Source: Dimorphilus gyrociliatus
Taxonomy: Eukaryota; Animalia; Annelida
Direction of reading: 5' to 3'
Assembly (NCBI GenBank): GCA_904063045.1
Contig: CAJFCJ010000010.1
Location: 1,054,001 to 1,118,000, forward strand
Length of the DNA: 64,000 bases
Positions 26,378 to 39,941 of the stretch are shown piece after piece. Position 1 is the stretch's first letter; each line of letters opens with the position of its first letter. Under the pieces are notes generated by a model, which was not told the DNA's origin, made no database searches, and was given only the letters and a program-made list of their open reading frames with translations. The translations under genes were made by a program, and so were the position numbers.

Positions 26378-29300
26378 ATGTCAGGTATGCTTATTAATAA
26401 TAGAAGGGAGATTAATATATTATATATTAATTTACAGTATATATTTGTATATATTAATAGTACTGTATATATATATACTTTCTACTGTATATAGAAGCTA
26501 TAAAGTGGCCGTGTAAAATGAATTTAAAACTTAAAAAAGATAACAGATAATGGTGTCTTGGTAAGAATTAATTTATTTTCTATCAGAGGCCTTAAAACTG
26601 TCTTATAGATTACTTTTATACAGTTAAACTGTGTTTATAAATAGAAAGAAGAATCGACGGAGCGGTATTTTGCAATTTTTCATAGATGTACTATATATAT
26701 ATAGTTATAATTAATGATTATCATTCATCACGAAGATGATGGGTAAATTTTGTGTTATATCTATTTTTAGAAAAAAGTCTTAAATCTTGTTTCTGTTTCT
26801 TTCTTATAACTTTTTTTTTGTTTTAAACATTACATCTGTGATAATAAAAGTAATACTATTAAAATAGTAAATGTAAATTATATAGTATCAGTTTAGTTAG
26901 AATCTGAATAGACTTCTCCATGTTTTACGTTAAATAGAATAATGTTCTCAATTGCTATCTCTTTTATCAAAAAAGAAAAATATAAATTAGAATATACAAC
27001 ACCAACTGAAAATAGTTCATTCATTTAGATTAAAGATGGCGCTTTATATTACTTATACTCCATTTCGTGTAGTGAAGTACGACGACAGTTTTTTTTAGCT
27101 AAAAAGCAACAATAGCAGTTTAATTCTTACTCTTCTATAAATAGATGATGGAAAAATCATTAAAAAAACCGACATTTATGTAAATAGACAAAAGGCATTT
27201 TAAGTTTAATAATTTCATTTTTTATAAAGCTGAACTATAGGCATCACTATCTATAAATAGTATTTAGGTGATATGAATCATCAAAAAATATAAAAGAAAG
27301 TTAAAGTGTAAGTAATGGATGCCAAAAGGGTGGAAGGTACATACGAGTGGAATATCCTATTGCAGCATAAAGACATTTTACAGTTTAATAGCTCATTAAA
27401 TATTGAGTACTTAGGTAAAATTTCTAAAAGTTGAGTACCAATATAGATGTAGTACTTTACAAAATCTCTAGTTTACTTTTTAATACGTAGGGGTGAAAGT
27501 TTTTAAAATTAATAAATTAAATGTAAAGTTTTTATATCGTTTAATCTCAATTATCTTAATCGATTCTTATGTTCATTATATATTCTGTATTAGACAAGAT
27601 ATCGATCTTAATGCTAATAATAGTTCAAATCGATTGATATTTCTCCTATAGCAAATAGACCTGAATGTTGAACCTAATAGATTCTCTGATTGACGCGCTG
27701 TGTTATTATATGAACATTAAAATTCACTTCTAGAACAGAGCGAACGTATTCTTAGGGAAGACTCTCAAGTTCGTAACACGATGCAAGGTCAAAGAGTAAT
27801 AGTCAATCGAGACATTGAAACACTGCAGCACTTAGAGGAATCCTATCCCAGAATAGAGAGAAAGAAAAAATTCCAAGAGATCGTTGATTATACAAAAAAG
27901 CAATGTTGTTGCAGTAGAGGAAAGGCTATTGATAAAACTTTATCTTTCTTTCCTTTCATATATCTACTACGTGGATATTCTTTGAAGTCAGACTTAATAA
28001 TGGATATAATTGCTGGTTTAAATATCGGTACTGTGCACATTTCACAAGGTTTGGGTTTTGCCCTTTTGACATCAGTTCCAGCTATTTATGGCTTATATTC
28101 TTCCTTTTATCCATTACTAATTTACTTCTTTTTTGGTTCCTCCAAATATGTATCAATGGGTACTATGGCTTTAATAAGTATTATGTTAGGTTCAGTTGTT
28201 GATAGAAAAATCGAAGATTCCGATGTTTTTATACGCTATCAAGGTATTTTTTATTAAATAGAACCCTAAGTTAAAATTGGAACTTCATCTACTTACAATT
28301 TGAACAGCATCGAATAATTCGGCAACCTTAGAAAGTGAGTTAAATTGTGCAAAAGTTCAAATAGCAATGGGTGTTACATGCGTTGTCGGCATTGTTCAAG
28401 TGGTACTATGCCTTTTAAGAGGAGGATTTATAACAAATTTCATGTCGAAACCACTAATTAGAGGCTTTACTACGGCTGCTGCAGTCCATATTATAACTTC
28501 TCAAATTAAATCTTTTCTTGGAATCGAAATTAAAAGACATGATGGATTATTTAAGATTCCAATGACATATTATGAGATTTTCAAGAACATTAAAAAAACA
28601 AATCTTGCTGACTTTTTAATAGGTTCAGCTTGTTTTTTTGTTCTTATGTTTATTAAACAAGTTATCACTCCTCGAATAAAGAAAAGATTTAAGAAATGCC
28701 CTCCTCTTCCAGCGGAGCTAATTGTTATGGCAGTTTGTACAGGAATAAGTTACAAAATCAATTTTAATTCGAAATATTCTGTAAGTATAATTGGAGACAT
28801 TCCAAAAGGAATACCAAGACCTGAAGCACCTTCATTAAGAATCATGAAAGATATTATACCAGATGCTGTTTTGATAGCGTTAATAAGTTTTATAGTATCT
28901 ATATCTGTAGCAAAGCTCTTTTGTGAGAAGTCGTCCAGCAAAGTTGATGCTAATCAAGAGCTGTTTTCTTTGGGTTTAATCCATATAATTGGATCATTTT
29001 TCTTTAGTTTTGCAGGAGCAGCAGCACCGCCCAGATCCATGTTAAATTTCTCTTATGGTAGATCACAAATAAGTAGTTTAGTATCAGCTGTTATCGTACT
29101 TTTAACAATGTTATGGTTATCTCCTTTATTCGCTTCGTTAACCAAGAGCTGTCTGGCTGCCATAGTTATAGTGGCAATCCTACCACTACTACTTCAGTTT
29201 AAAGATATCTATGATTGGTTTGAATTAAGCATGTTAGACTGTTTTAACTGGTTAATAGCTTTTTTAACCTCAGTTTTCCTTAGTCTTCCTTACGGTCTAA

Positions 29301-29809
29301 TAATAGGAATTTCTAGTAGTACCTTAACAGTTCTGCTACAGCATTTTATGAGCTCCGTCAGCAACCTGACAATAGCAATTGGACCTGATATTCTTCTTGA
29401 CACCAAAGTTAACTGTATACAAAAAAGTTGTACATCAATGCGAATCATTCAAGTAAATTCCCCAATTTTATTCATTAACGCTGAAAAGATACTAAAAGAA
29501 GTAAAGAGTGTAATTTACGATATGGAAAATTACGTAACGGAAATGGAGAAAAAGTATCTGATTATAAACAGTGCTGGAATAACTAATATAGATATATCAG
29601 GAATTGGCTGCTTAAAGTCTATCAGAGGAATTTGTAAAGATAGTAAAATAGAATTATATTTTTGCTGTATAAATCAAAATATCTTGTATGCTGTTGAAAA
29701 CATTATGGATTTTAAGCAACTTTTATATCCTTCTTTACAGGACGCTATCTCTCAATGTGAAAGTTATGAAAAGAGATACGCAGATGATTTTAATAGTAGT
29801 TACTTGTAG
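26378..29809 (+). CDS. SLC26/SulP-family anion transporter (prestin-like) with C-terminal STAS domain; exons 26378-26384 (or alternatively 27315-27336), 27734-28243, 28308-29809; about 672 aa
   Basis: Family motifs DIIAGLNIGTVHISQG, YGLYSSFYPLLIYFFFGSSKYVSMG, FMSKPLIRGFTTAAAVHIITSQIK and DANQELFSLG; STAS motifs SPILFINAE and IDISG. A 64-nt phase-1 intron at 28244-28307 joins the two ORFs. The first micro-exon is ambiguous: both ATGTCAG|gtatgc and ATG..GAAG|gtacat are phase-compatible. Confidence 0.93.
27030..27044 (+). promoter_or_regulatory. Putative CTCF-like or YY1-like site (AAGATGGCGC)
   Basis: agatggcgc at 27034-27042. Confidence 0.3.
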
Positions 29810-30292
29810 AGTAAACTCTGAATCAGTTTGTCTATTACAGTTGAAAAGGACAAAGATAATACGGATTACTTCCCTATCTATATTAGAAGAAAAATATAGA
29901 ATAATGCAGAATCAGGAAATAACAATTGATTGGATGGATTCTCTATTAGATTGGAGATATGAAAACTAATTTATTTTTTAACAACCTAATAGATAAAACT
30001 GGAATATTCATATATCAAAATGTTTAGAGCCTTTTAGAAATATTATCAGTAATTTTTACAGGTTTACCAACATTAGGGCGTTGATAATCAACATAATCTT
30101 TTAATAACAGCTCTAAGATGCCATTTGCTTACATGTCTGATTTGCTCCTATGCCATATTTACGTGTATATGTATAGTGATATAGTTACAGTGTATATAAT
30201 TTCCTGTATTGATTTGTATATTCTTTTTTAAAATATGACATTTTAGAATGATTAAAGATGATATAAAAAAAATAAAAGATTTTAATTTCTTA

Positions 30293-32178
30293 TCATTTGA
30301 AAATTTGTTGTAAATTTTCATTGCCATGAATTATTCTTAGCTCGCTCATTTGATCAAATATAAACCAATTATGCAATTCCTGTTTTATAGATTGTGGTAG
30401 TAGATTCCATTGTGATTTTCCTTTATAGACAATTTTGAAGCAGATTCTATTGAAAAATAAAATTACTTATATATATGCAGTTTGGTGATTAAATTATTAA
30501 CTAAAATACGAGAGACTCTGAGTCAACGTTTGATAAAAATCGCTTTAAATAGGATTATCTGCTGTAAGATCATCTTAATCCGTATTTCTATCTAACAACT
30601 ATATTGTTACCTATAGAGGGAACTTGGACCAAATCTGTGCTCCTTTATAGGGTAAGGGTACTACAGAAATAAAACATGCTAATGAAATTTTTTATAATTA
30701 TATAAATTGAGTGTAGACGACTTACGTCGCTAAGTCCGATATTTTGTGCATTATTGCTCACACCACCTATTGTTATAGCCATACTATCCAAAGTTGGCAA
30801 AGTTACATGCCATAGCCTTGGCCTACAAGCATTTTTAGAGATACAGAACCAGTCTAGAGAATCAAGTTTAAGGATCCACTCGTCAGCTGAAAACTCTAGA
30901 TTAGTTCTTATAGGAGACGTAAGTGAACAAAAAACAATTACCCAGTGGTATCCCTTCGAAAGATAGGCCACCGTAAAGAAAAAGAAAATTAGATTTTTGA
31001 AAATAAGACAGCGTATGAAATGATCTGCCGGTTGGTTTACTTTTCTTTTCTGAATCGTTAAACAAGACACTCCATCTCATGGTAAGCATGTTTAATTTAT
31101 GCATATCGTTCATTCTTCTTTGCTTTGATCTTCCTCCAAACATAAATAAATCATTTTTAACTAAAACAGCAGCCTGTCCAGCTCTAGGGCATGGTATATT
31201 ACCATAAGTATTTACTTTTTCCCATATTTTATTTTCGAAATTGAAGGCTAATACTTGATCCTCAAAACAAACTAGTTCTCTATTATCCTTATAGGAAACG
31301 TTCGAGCTAACATTCGAATCGCAGTACAAACTGTTTCTAGAATCAAGACGTTTTCCAAAGCATCCCCAAACGTAAAATCTAAAAGATTTGTATTCGAAGT
31401 AAGAAAGTCATTTTCTTAATTAGCTATTAACTATACTGACTTATTCTTAAATAGCCAAGCCGAATGTTTATTTCTTTCAATCGGCTTTCTATTATACTTT
31501 GGCTGTATTTCTAGCCATCCAGAATATTTATCTGGACCTAAAGTAGATATGTTCATGTACTCATTCCCTAATCCTCCACAAGCTATAAAGCGCTTATCAC
31601 AATAGACCAAGGAAGATCCATTAGATAGGTATTTTACAGGCTCGTGGGCAGCAGATGGTAGAATATCCAAGCTAAAAGAAAATTAATCATTCAGTCATTC
31701 CCTCTTCTCTTTACAGAAATATGTAAAATTAGTTAAAGGTAATAGCTGATAGAGAAATCTATTTCGAGCTTTTTTATTAAAACTAATATGGATTAACTAA
31801 ACAGTTCATAAGCTTATCGTCGTTTTTATCATTTTAATTTAAATTTTCAATTAAGAATTGAATTAAATAACATAAGTATACCATTTCTTTAAACCGATGT
31901 GATAAAGGAAAAGGTTTGTTGCTGGAAATGATATTTCTGAATATTTCGAATCCTTTTTGAATAAATATATAACAGAATTAATAGTAATAAAAGTTATAAT
32001 ACCGTTTATAAATGCAAAGGAAATGCGGGAAAGGATTATAGCAATTAATTAACCTAAAATAATATCTTACCCTTCCACGCAAACCTCCAATAATGACTAT
32101 AATATCGCCCACGATTGTACATGAGTGACCTATCCTCTGTACGCTTAACGGAAGATCAAATAAACATGCAGAATTCAT
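30293..32178 (-). CDS. KLHDC2: Kelch domain-containing protein of the KLHDC1/KLHDC2 group (Cullin-2 substrate receptor type), 7 exons, 403 aa
   Basis: Exons 32071-32178, 31882-31952, 31441-31671, 30942-31378, 30726-30886, 30611-30660, 30293-30446 (1212 nt, phases consistent). Kelch repeats (RIGHSCTIVGDIIVIIGG, PCPRAGQAAVLVKNDLFMFGG, PTGRSFHTL..LFLYGG, RPRLWH) and a C-terminal BC-box-like segment PSSLYRICFKIV...WNLLPQSIKQEL. KLHDC1 and KLHDC2 cannot be separated by eye. Confidence 0.88.
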
Positions 32179-32420
32179 TTTTCATTTAAAAACAAAGACT
32201 GATTATATAGTAATAAAGGTAATGTTACAATTTTAAAATTGACAAAGTGATATAACGGTAATATTAATTAGCAAAATGTAAATAAAAAATTGCTATTCTT
32301 CTATTTTCAACATGAGTATTTTTATATTTATATTAAAGAAATAGACTGGACAGCTAACTTTTTCTACATTAAATAAATAAAACATATTGATATCTGGATA
32401 ATATTTCCACTTATTTATTA

Positions 32421-35400
32421 TTAATAATAGACTAAATTGTTAATTGTTGAATTTGACTCGTAGCGTGTAAAAGACTTCTTTTGAACGTTACTTGTATTAT
32501 TGTAATCTGGATCAGGAACTTGTCCATCAGACGTCAATCCTACTACCTTTATTGATTGATTTTCAGATACCGACTCATTTCCATTTTCAGTACTATTAGC
32601 GGGAGATTCCTTTAAAAGAAAGGAAGATAAATTACAGCGAGTACAGATGAATTAGCGAATTGTAGAAAAAAACAATGTAATTTGAATTTAAAAAGAGCTT
32701 GCCACTTCTCTACAAAGATTAATACACTTGTACTTGCCGTCTTGTCGAGGTGTTGATGTTTATCTTGATTGTGATCTTGTAAAACTGGTCGTTCTAACCG
32801 GAACTAAAGTGAATGAATTTCCAATATAATACAAAAAAATAAATGATAAAAGAAGTATATAAAGGAACAAAAAGGAATATGGAAAAGCTATCTTGTTCAT
32901 CTAACAATTACTGTAAAATTATCTACAGAATTATAAAATATATATTAAAAACTCTATTTATTAGTCACGTAGTAAACTTTTAGCATCTACGCCGCAAAAA
33001 CCACCCACGCAACAACCTATTTTTCTTGTAAAAAAAAAATAGCAAATGGGAACTTGAGACGATCAGACATATTTCTTGATAGAATTAATGTAATTTCTGA
33101 CTAGAATTTTCTATCTTCCTTAAAATATTATCACTCAGAGATAATTAAGATCATTTTAAATTTATTTAATACATTTTTCCAGTTAATATAAACATGAATA
33201 TTCATTAAATTCTATCATATAACTAATATATACGAAAAATGAAATGGAATATGTTGTTATTCTTTAACAATTGTATAGAATGTGTAATGATAAAATTAAT
33301 TGTAAATTCATTAAGTATACTCATTATAACATAGATAGTATATTAGTTATGTAGTTTTTTTAATGCTCTTTGTAACTTTGTGTAATCAAGCTATGAATGC
33401 CATTGAAATTATTTTTAGATCTTTCTTTAAAACAATTGCGATTAAAAAATAACTTTTAACTAATGTTATATTTGACATATCCTGAATAAAATAGCATAGA
33501 CCAATAGTTTTAGACCATTAGACAGTTACCGGAAATAAAGTAATTTGACAAAATCGATAACCTTAGGACCTGGTATTTGCCTCTTGAGATGAAATTTAAT
33601 GATGTATATTTATTATGGATTGTCTAAAAAGGTGAAATTTGATTCTATCAAACATAGCTTTTTTCACTTTGAAAGATATTTTAATATGAGAATAGGAATA
33701 GAATTAGTCTAAATAATTTAATATTACACACTGTCACTACTTCCATCTAGAAATGACAGAAAGTAGGCTACATTTTTAAGTGTCTAACATAATAGGCAAA
33801 GAACTTTATACTTATATATATATATCTTTTAGATTCTAATCAGAGTTATTTCTCTATATTTGTGATTTAATTCTGTTGAAAAATTAAATAGTAAATGTGA
33901 AATGATTAAAAGCAATATTTCCCGAGTTAATTTAATTAGATCTCTCTTTCAAAGATCAATTAACACTTTGCTACTGTAAATTTGAAATGAACGGTAAATA
34001 ATAATGTGCAATTACACTAATTAGGTTTCTTTTCTCATAAATACTCTACTATGTTCATTTAATGTCAAGAAACTAAAGCAGAAAGGAACGATTTGTAGGT
34101 AAAAGCTTTACTTTATCTTAAAGGTTTATATAGTTGTATAAATATTAAATTTTCCATATCAAATCTTCGGAATGAAAGTATTTAAAAATATGAAATTCCC
34201 TTATCCTAAAGTCTAAGCATATCTTCAAATCTCTTAAAAAATATACAATATCATATTAAATATATAAACAGGATTTACTGAATTAACCTGAAAATATTTC
34301 ATTCTTTTTTACCTTTTAAAGAAAGATAGAAACGTCTCTTTTCAGTATAGCACTTGTTTTAGTGAAGGCTATGTTATAAGGGTTTTGCATCTTTGTAATA
34401 ATATATTTATTTTAGCTTTCTTATCTGTGAAGAATAGATTATATTTCCTTTTCTTCCTGATGAACATTTATAGTTATCTATACGTTTTCACGTATTAATC
34501 GTTATTTAATTCTAACGAAAGAGAACAATGAAATTTTTGCGAAATCGATTTTATAATATACTAATATATATAATTATGCATACATATACTATTTCCGTAC
34601 TTATATTAACGTAACGTTCTACATAGTATAATGGTACAAATGTCAGAACTAATTCAGCAAGCTTTTATGATATTTATTTGACTTGTCCTAATTCTCTTTC
34701 TTGAAGACGTTAAGCCTAAATACAGAAAGTAAAAGCTATAGTTTACTTCATTGGGAAATGAGATTTAATACGTTTAGGCAGAAAATATATATTATTGATC
34801 TTGTATAATAAACATAATTATTAGTATTGTTTAATATAAGCATTTGAAATAAATCAACAAGGCAGTTCTTGTCATGAACTCTTTTCCTTAATAATTTTTC
34901 TTTCTATTACTTCAATTTCCTGTAAAAGTACTTTTTTTTAATTTACACTTTTATAGTGTCTACTGGCACTTAGTAAAATTAGAATCAAGTCTTTTAGGAG
35001 TCAAGTCTCCTAACATCTTAATTATCCTACTATTCTTAAATAACTTATTGTTTATGTTAATATTTGACATTATTATTATCATTCTATAGCATCATTTCTC
35101 TTCTATAGTTGTACTTGGATTTTTTAAAAGTATCCTCATTTTTTCTTCTTAAGTTAATTTGAAGCCTCTTAAAGAAAAATAACATTTTATCAATGTTATT
35201 GTCCTTAAATGGTATGGAATTCCTTTGTAAAATTTCACTACTGCTATTATTCTTTTATAATAAATTTGTGGATGGTTTCCGTCCGAAAAGTGTTTTCTTC
35301 TTAAAGAAAGTCTCTATTAGCTAATTTGTTAGATATTGCACTGTTAACTACTTTTACAAAACTGTAACTTGTTTCTCCTATAAAGACTTTTCAAATTAGT

Positions 35401-37531
35401 TAGTCTTAAACTTCAAAGATTCTTTTGCTGTTTTGTCCAGTTTAATTAAGATTATCTAAGATAAATGAAAATGAAAATTCTATGTAATCCCTGCCCTTTG
35501 TAAGAACAGTTTTTAGTTTATATGTATTTAAATAAAGAGTTCGGATAGTGTAGATTATACACTGTCTTGATTTTAAGGTTTTGATATGGGAAAAATATAT
35601 TAAAGTCACATACATCAAGCGTATGTTAAGCCTACCGTTTTTGTCTTATTATTAAAGTATATTATTTATATAGTGTATGAGTATGTACAGATTTACATAG
35701 CAGAAACTTTAAAGTGATTATTACTACTCTTTTAGGCCTAATTTTACTTGACTTTGATGCTAGAAACGTCGATATTTAATTGATGTTCAACAATTAAGAC
35801 ATAAAAGAAAATGTGCTACAAACGCTTTCGTTAGTTTCAACTGTTGATAGTCTTGCTCGAAAGTTCTTATAGATGGGAGAAGACACAATTTTAGCAAAAT
35901 TGTATTCATTTTCCTCGTGAAAGGGAGATGGCGTTGCATAAATTTGCTAAAGTAAATAAATTTGCTATAAAATGATGTTTGTTTCAAATCTGTCTGATGA
36001 CTATTTAGAATGCAATCTTTTACTTACTAAATTGTCATTGTTGTCTGTTCTTTTACTTCTTACATTTTGGCTAAAATAGATGGCATTAAATATAGATTAG
36101 TAGTTTTACAATTATCCCAAATTTTAAGAACAACAATGGTTTGCAAACCAGATTAACTAGTGAGGTAAAACTATACCCAATCTGGATATAACAATCAATA
36201 TAGATGATCAAGAAAAGTATTGTTTAATGAGCTTGGTACACATAGACTTAAGTACTTAATTAAATATTTGAAACTTTAAATATTAATAATGATAATTAAT
36301 CGTGTGTATTTTCTTAAAATCACGTTTGATTTGCTGCAGATGTAGACAAGGAAACATAGATTTTCCCTAAGAATTACCCCGAATCAGAAAATGTTAATTA
36401 ATGATAAACATTAACATTAAGTATACCTTTTCTTTTCATGAGTAGTTTCTCTCTTAATGCAAAACAACCACACAGAAGTTATAGTTAAAAGGATTAACAA
36501 AATTCCTCCTAATGAACTGCACAAACCTATCAGCCACTCCCTTTTAACGTGTACACAGTTGTTGTCTAAAGCTTTTCCAGAGGGCCAGCATCTAAAAAAA
36601 TTGCGTCGATCGACTGAATGTAATAGTTGTTATGGTTGTAAAAGAATAGAAATAAAAAAGAATTACGCTATATTAAGACTGGAATTGGTACCATCATCAA
36701 TTAATGCCATAGGTAAATTTGTCGATTTATCTGTATAAATTTAATATTTATTATTGTAAAAATTATCAAGCTATTTAAAGCTATCATTTATAATGAAAGA
36801 AAGAGAAAATTCTCCGTCTATTTCTGTATCTATGATTGTGTATGTCTTTTATCAGAATATCTAGTTTGCAAAAAGTTTAACTCTACGATTGCATTGGGAA
36901 TGGGAATTGATTTCTATTTTACTCGATAAACAAATCACCCTAATATATCAATTCCAGAAATCAATCCTTTGACCTTGACAGTTTCGTTAGTTTTTCCTCG
37001 GTGTTATTTTTTATTAGTAGGCGTTTCATCCTGCTCTTTTCTTTACAAAGAGAATTCTTATAAAAAATTTAAAGCATACAGTCATTACATACGTAGATTT
37101 ACCTTAAAAAAAGAAGAGAATATAAAAAATTTCTTAACGTTTCATCCTGTTTTACTATACTTTGGAGAAAGACTGTAATGCTTATTCCTTTTTCTTACGT
37201 ACTAAAGTAGTATAGATTGTGGAGTAATGTTTTCTTATATTGATTACCGATGTATGTAAAAAAAACGATTTTTTTTACCATTATATTACTATTTATTTAA
37301 TCGTTTCTCTTTCCATATGAAAAATATGACATTTGACATTTTTCTGTTTACTGCTATGTTTAACTAAATCATTCGCACTATTCTTTGAAGTCAATACGGG
37401 AGTAGAATAGTGAAATAGGTGACCGAGAAAAGTAATTTACCATAGAAAAAGCATAAAAGATGCGAAAGTATCGTCAAACTTAGTGCATTACCTTGGTCTA
37501 AGCATCTATTTGGCCCTATTTCAGTACTCTG
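32421..37531 (-). CDS. Putative orphan single-pass transmembrane protein with a Tyr-motif-rich cytoplasmic tail (5' end and some exons unresolved)
   Basis: Phase-consistent exons 37492-37531, 36667-36730, 36427-36591 (TM WLIGLCSSLGGILLILLTITSVWLFCI followed by KRE..KK), 36028-36070, 35824-35946 and a terminal exon 32421-32609 (ESPANSTENG...DGQVPDPDYNN...NNLVYY*). Most splice sites are canonical; 32726-32803 is a possible extra exon. Confidence 0.6.
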
Positions 37532-37767
37532 CTATAAGGGCGTGGCTGGACAGTTAAAAACTATTTTTATTTCCCTTTCAAATAAATCTCAATTAAAAGA
37601 TAGAGGCAGGAAAATAAAAATGAAAGAAGAACTTCTTTACAGCTTTAATTATTAATGGTGGAGCTTTTCAGTTGGTAAAGAAGGAAGCCACAACTAAAGT
37701 CGGTTATAGTTTTTTGACATTTTTATAGGGAATTTATTAATAGTTAACGTTTAACTTTTTCTTGAGA

Positions 37768-37815
37768 GAGAGAGAGAGAGGAGGCGGGGAAGGGGGAAGG
37801 AAGGGGGAGGGGAAG
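37768..37815. repeat. (GA)n plus G-rich purine tract
   Basis: gagagagagagagagagggaggcggggaagggggaaggaagggggaggggaag seen directly. Confidence 0.85.
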
Positions 37816-39899
37816 AGAATAAATCAACAACGGTAATTTATTAGATGTAGATCATACAAACGATTAAATTTTTGATAGGCAGGAAAATTCTCGTTTAGAC
37901 GAGACGAAAGAGAATAATATAGAGCTAAGAAACGCGAAGAAATAGAACAGCTTTGAAATAAGAAATCATGTAATGTTTAATATCATGTTTTGTTTGCTAA
38001 ACTCTCTTTGAAGAAATACGAAGATTCTCTTTTTGGTATATATACAATATATAGGAAATTTAATTGATGAGCTATCTTCATTTTTTTTGTTTATACACTT
38101 ATCGTTTATAAAATATTGTATGAATTACACTAGAAAAAAAAGTATATATGGAATTTCTTATTTAAATTGAAGTTAAATATTGACAGACTTTTCTATCCCT
38201 CTTACAGAGCATACAACTATTCTCTGACTAGTTAATTCAAGAGTGAAAAGTTCAATATAACTTTAGTAGTGATTTATTGTTAATTAAGTAACTAATAAAT
38301 TATCGATTAGATTAATTGAAATCAATATGTATACCTGAAAAGAGATTAATGGCTCTTCTAAAATATAACTTTCAAGAGATGTTTCCCTCGGGATATTCAT
38401 TATTTCTAATACGTTTTAGAAAATTTATATAGAATCTTAAACGACTATATTGTGCATTTGTTGTAAAAACTACGTCTACTAATACAAAAGAAGAAGCTTA
38501 AGAATAATATAAAAATAAATACCTATTGAAGCTGATGGTAACTTCTTCATACCTTTTTGTTGTTGAAGTGAAGAAAGAGTCAGTTGTTATCAATGTTTAG
38601 ACATATGCTTTTCGTGGTTTATGTAAAAAGATAAGACACGAAATCTTTAAAAAAGAAAAATAAAGCTGCTGTACTCAAGACATGCAAGAGAGCAACTCCA
38701 TGACAACTTTTATATAAGATCGTTGTCTCAGAGAGCTCCCCTGACTTGCTTGAGAATTAACTACAAAATGAAAAAATTAACACCCTTTCCCCCTTATAAA
38801 TATTCTGCGGTCTCTTTCAAACTTAAAGTACGATTTGTTTGAATGCAAACGGCACGCTTTACAAATAAATTGTAAAAAAGTAAATTTGTTGATTTTTCTA
38901 TAACTTCTGTGATATTTACCCGACAAGGATTGGTTGTCGTGACTCTGTTTTATGAATTTGGATTTTGGAGTGGTGTGAGTTTAGACCTGCTTTATTTATT
39001 TTTTAAAATATATATAAACGTTCATCTATAATTAAATATATGGAAATTTGTCATTGAATACTTAAATTAACAAGAGGGATATAGCTTATATATATATATA
39101 TAATGCTATACATTACGTCACAATATATCACATCCCGCCTTAACATACAGTATAATAATAAACAAAATCCAATAGTGAATATTTTACATCGTGATAAAGT
39201 GAAGAAAGTGTAAAGGCAAATGAAATAAATAAGATTAATATCAAGAAATTCATTGATAAAATAAATTTTATAATCTTATCAATCAATTTTTGCAAAGCTT
39301 TTCAAAAAATTTTCAAAGACTAGTATTGAATTTATCAATATTCACGCGAAATGAAACATAGACGTGTAGGTGATCATTAAACAATTTTATTGGAAACACT
39401 AAAAATTATGTCTTTCGTTTTATATTAGAAGAATATGTTCGTCTCTATTAATAGATAATATTTTTTGAATAAATTAGTACAGTTTAATATTAATAATGTT
39501 TAATGATCACTTGTTTTATTTTATACCATTGACGTAAAAAGTAAAGCAATAAAATTAGACTATAAGCAGTCGACTTATATTGTTTTGATAAAAGATTAAG
39601 TGTAGACTATAATTTTTATGTACGATGGCGTTTCTGAATGTAAATATAGTTATTCACTTACGGTTTATCCAACTATAGTCTCACTTTGGATAAAAAACTA
39701 TTATTCTCAATCCTCAATCACGTGAAAGGTACATATGCATGTAGCAGTAAAATGCTTTTCTCTTATATTGTATTCTTCTCTTTATTTCTTTTACTACGTT
39801 CTAGATCTGCAATAAATCTAAAATTAATACTAGTCGTGAAGCTTCAACTGGAATCAATATATATATAGATATATGTATATATGCGTAGTGTATAGAGTG

Positions 39900-39901
<2 letters not shown>

Positions 39902-39937
<36 letters not shown>
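39902..39937. repeat. (TA)n microsatellite
   Basis: Seen directly. Confidence 0.95.

Positions 39938-39941
<4 letters not shown>

Noticed and set aside
32962-33018. Possible minus-strand terminal exon GCCVGGFCGVDAKSLLRD*
   Set aside because: Cys-rich and peptide-like, but its phase does not fit the upstream exons found and no partner exon was identified.
35050-35380. Several 20-55 codon open stretches on the minus strand within the TM-gene intron
   Set aside because: No consistent splice chain and no recognisable motif; could be chance or a decayed element.
38615-38750. Minus-strand frame ending in a hydrophobic, GPI-signal-like tail (…HGVALLHVLSTAALFFFFKDFVSYLFT*)
   Set aside because: Isolated, with no upstream exons linked; hydrophobic frames are common in T-rich DNA.
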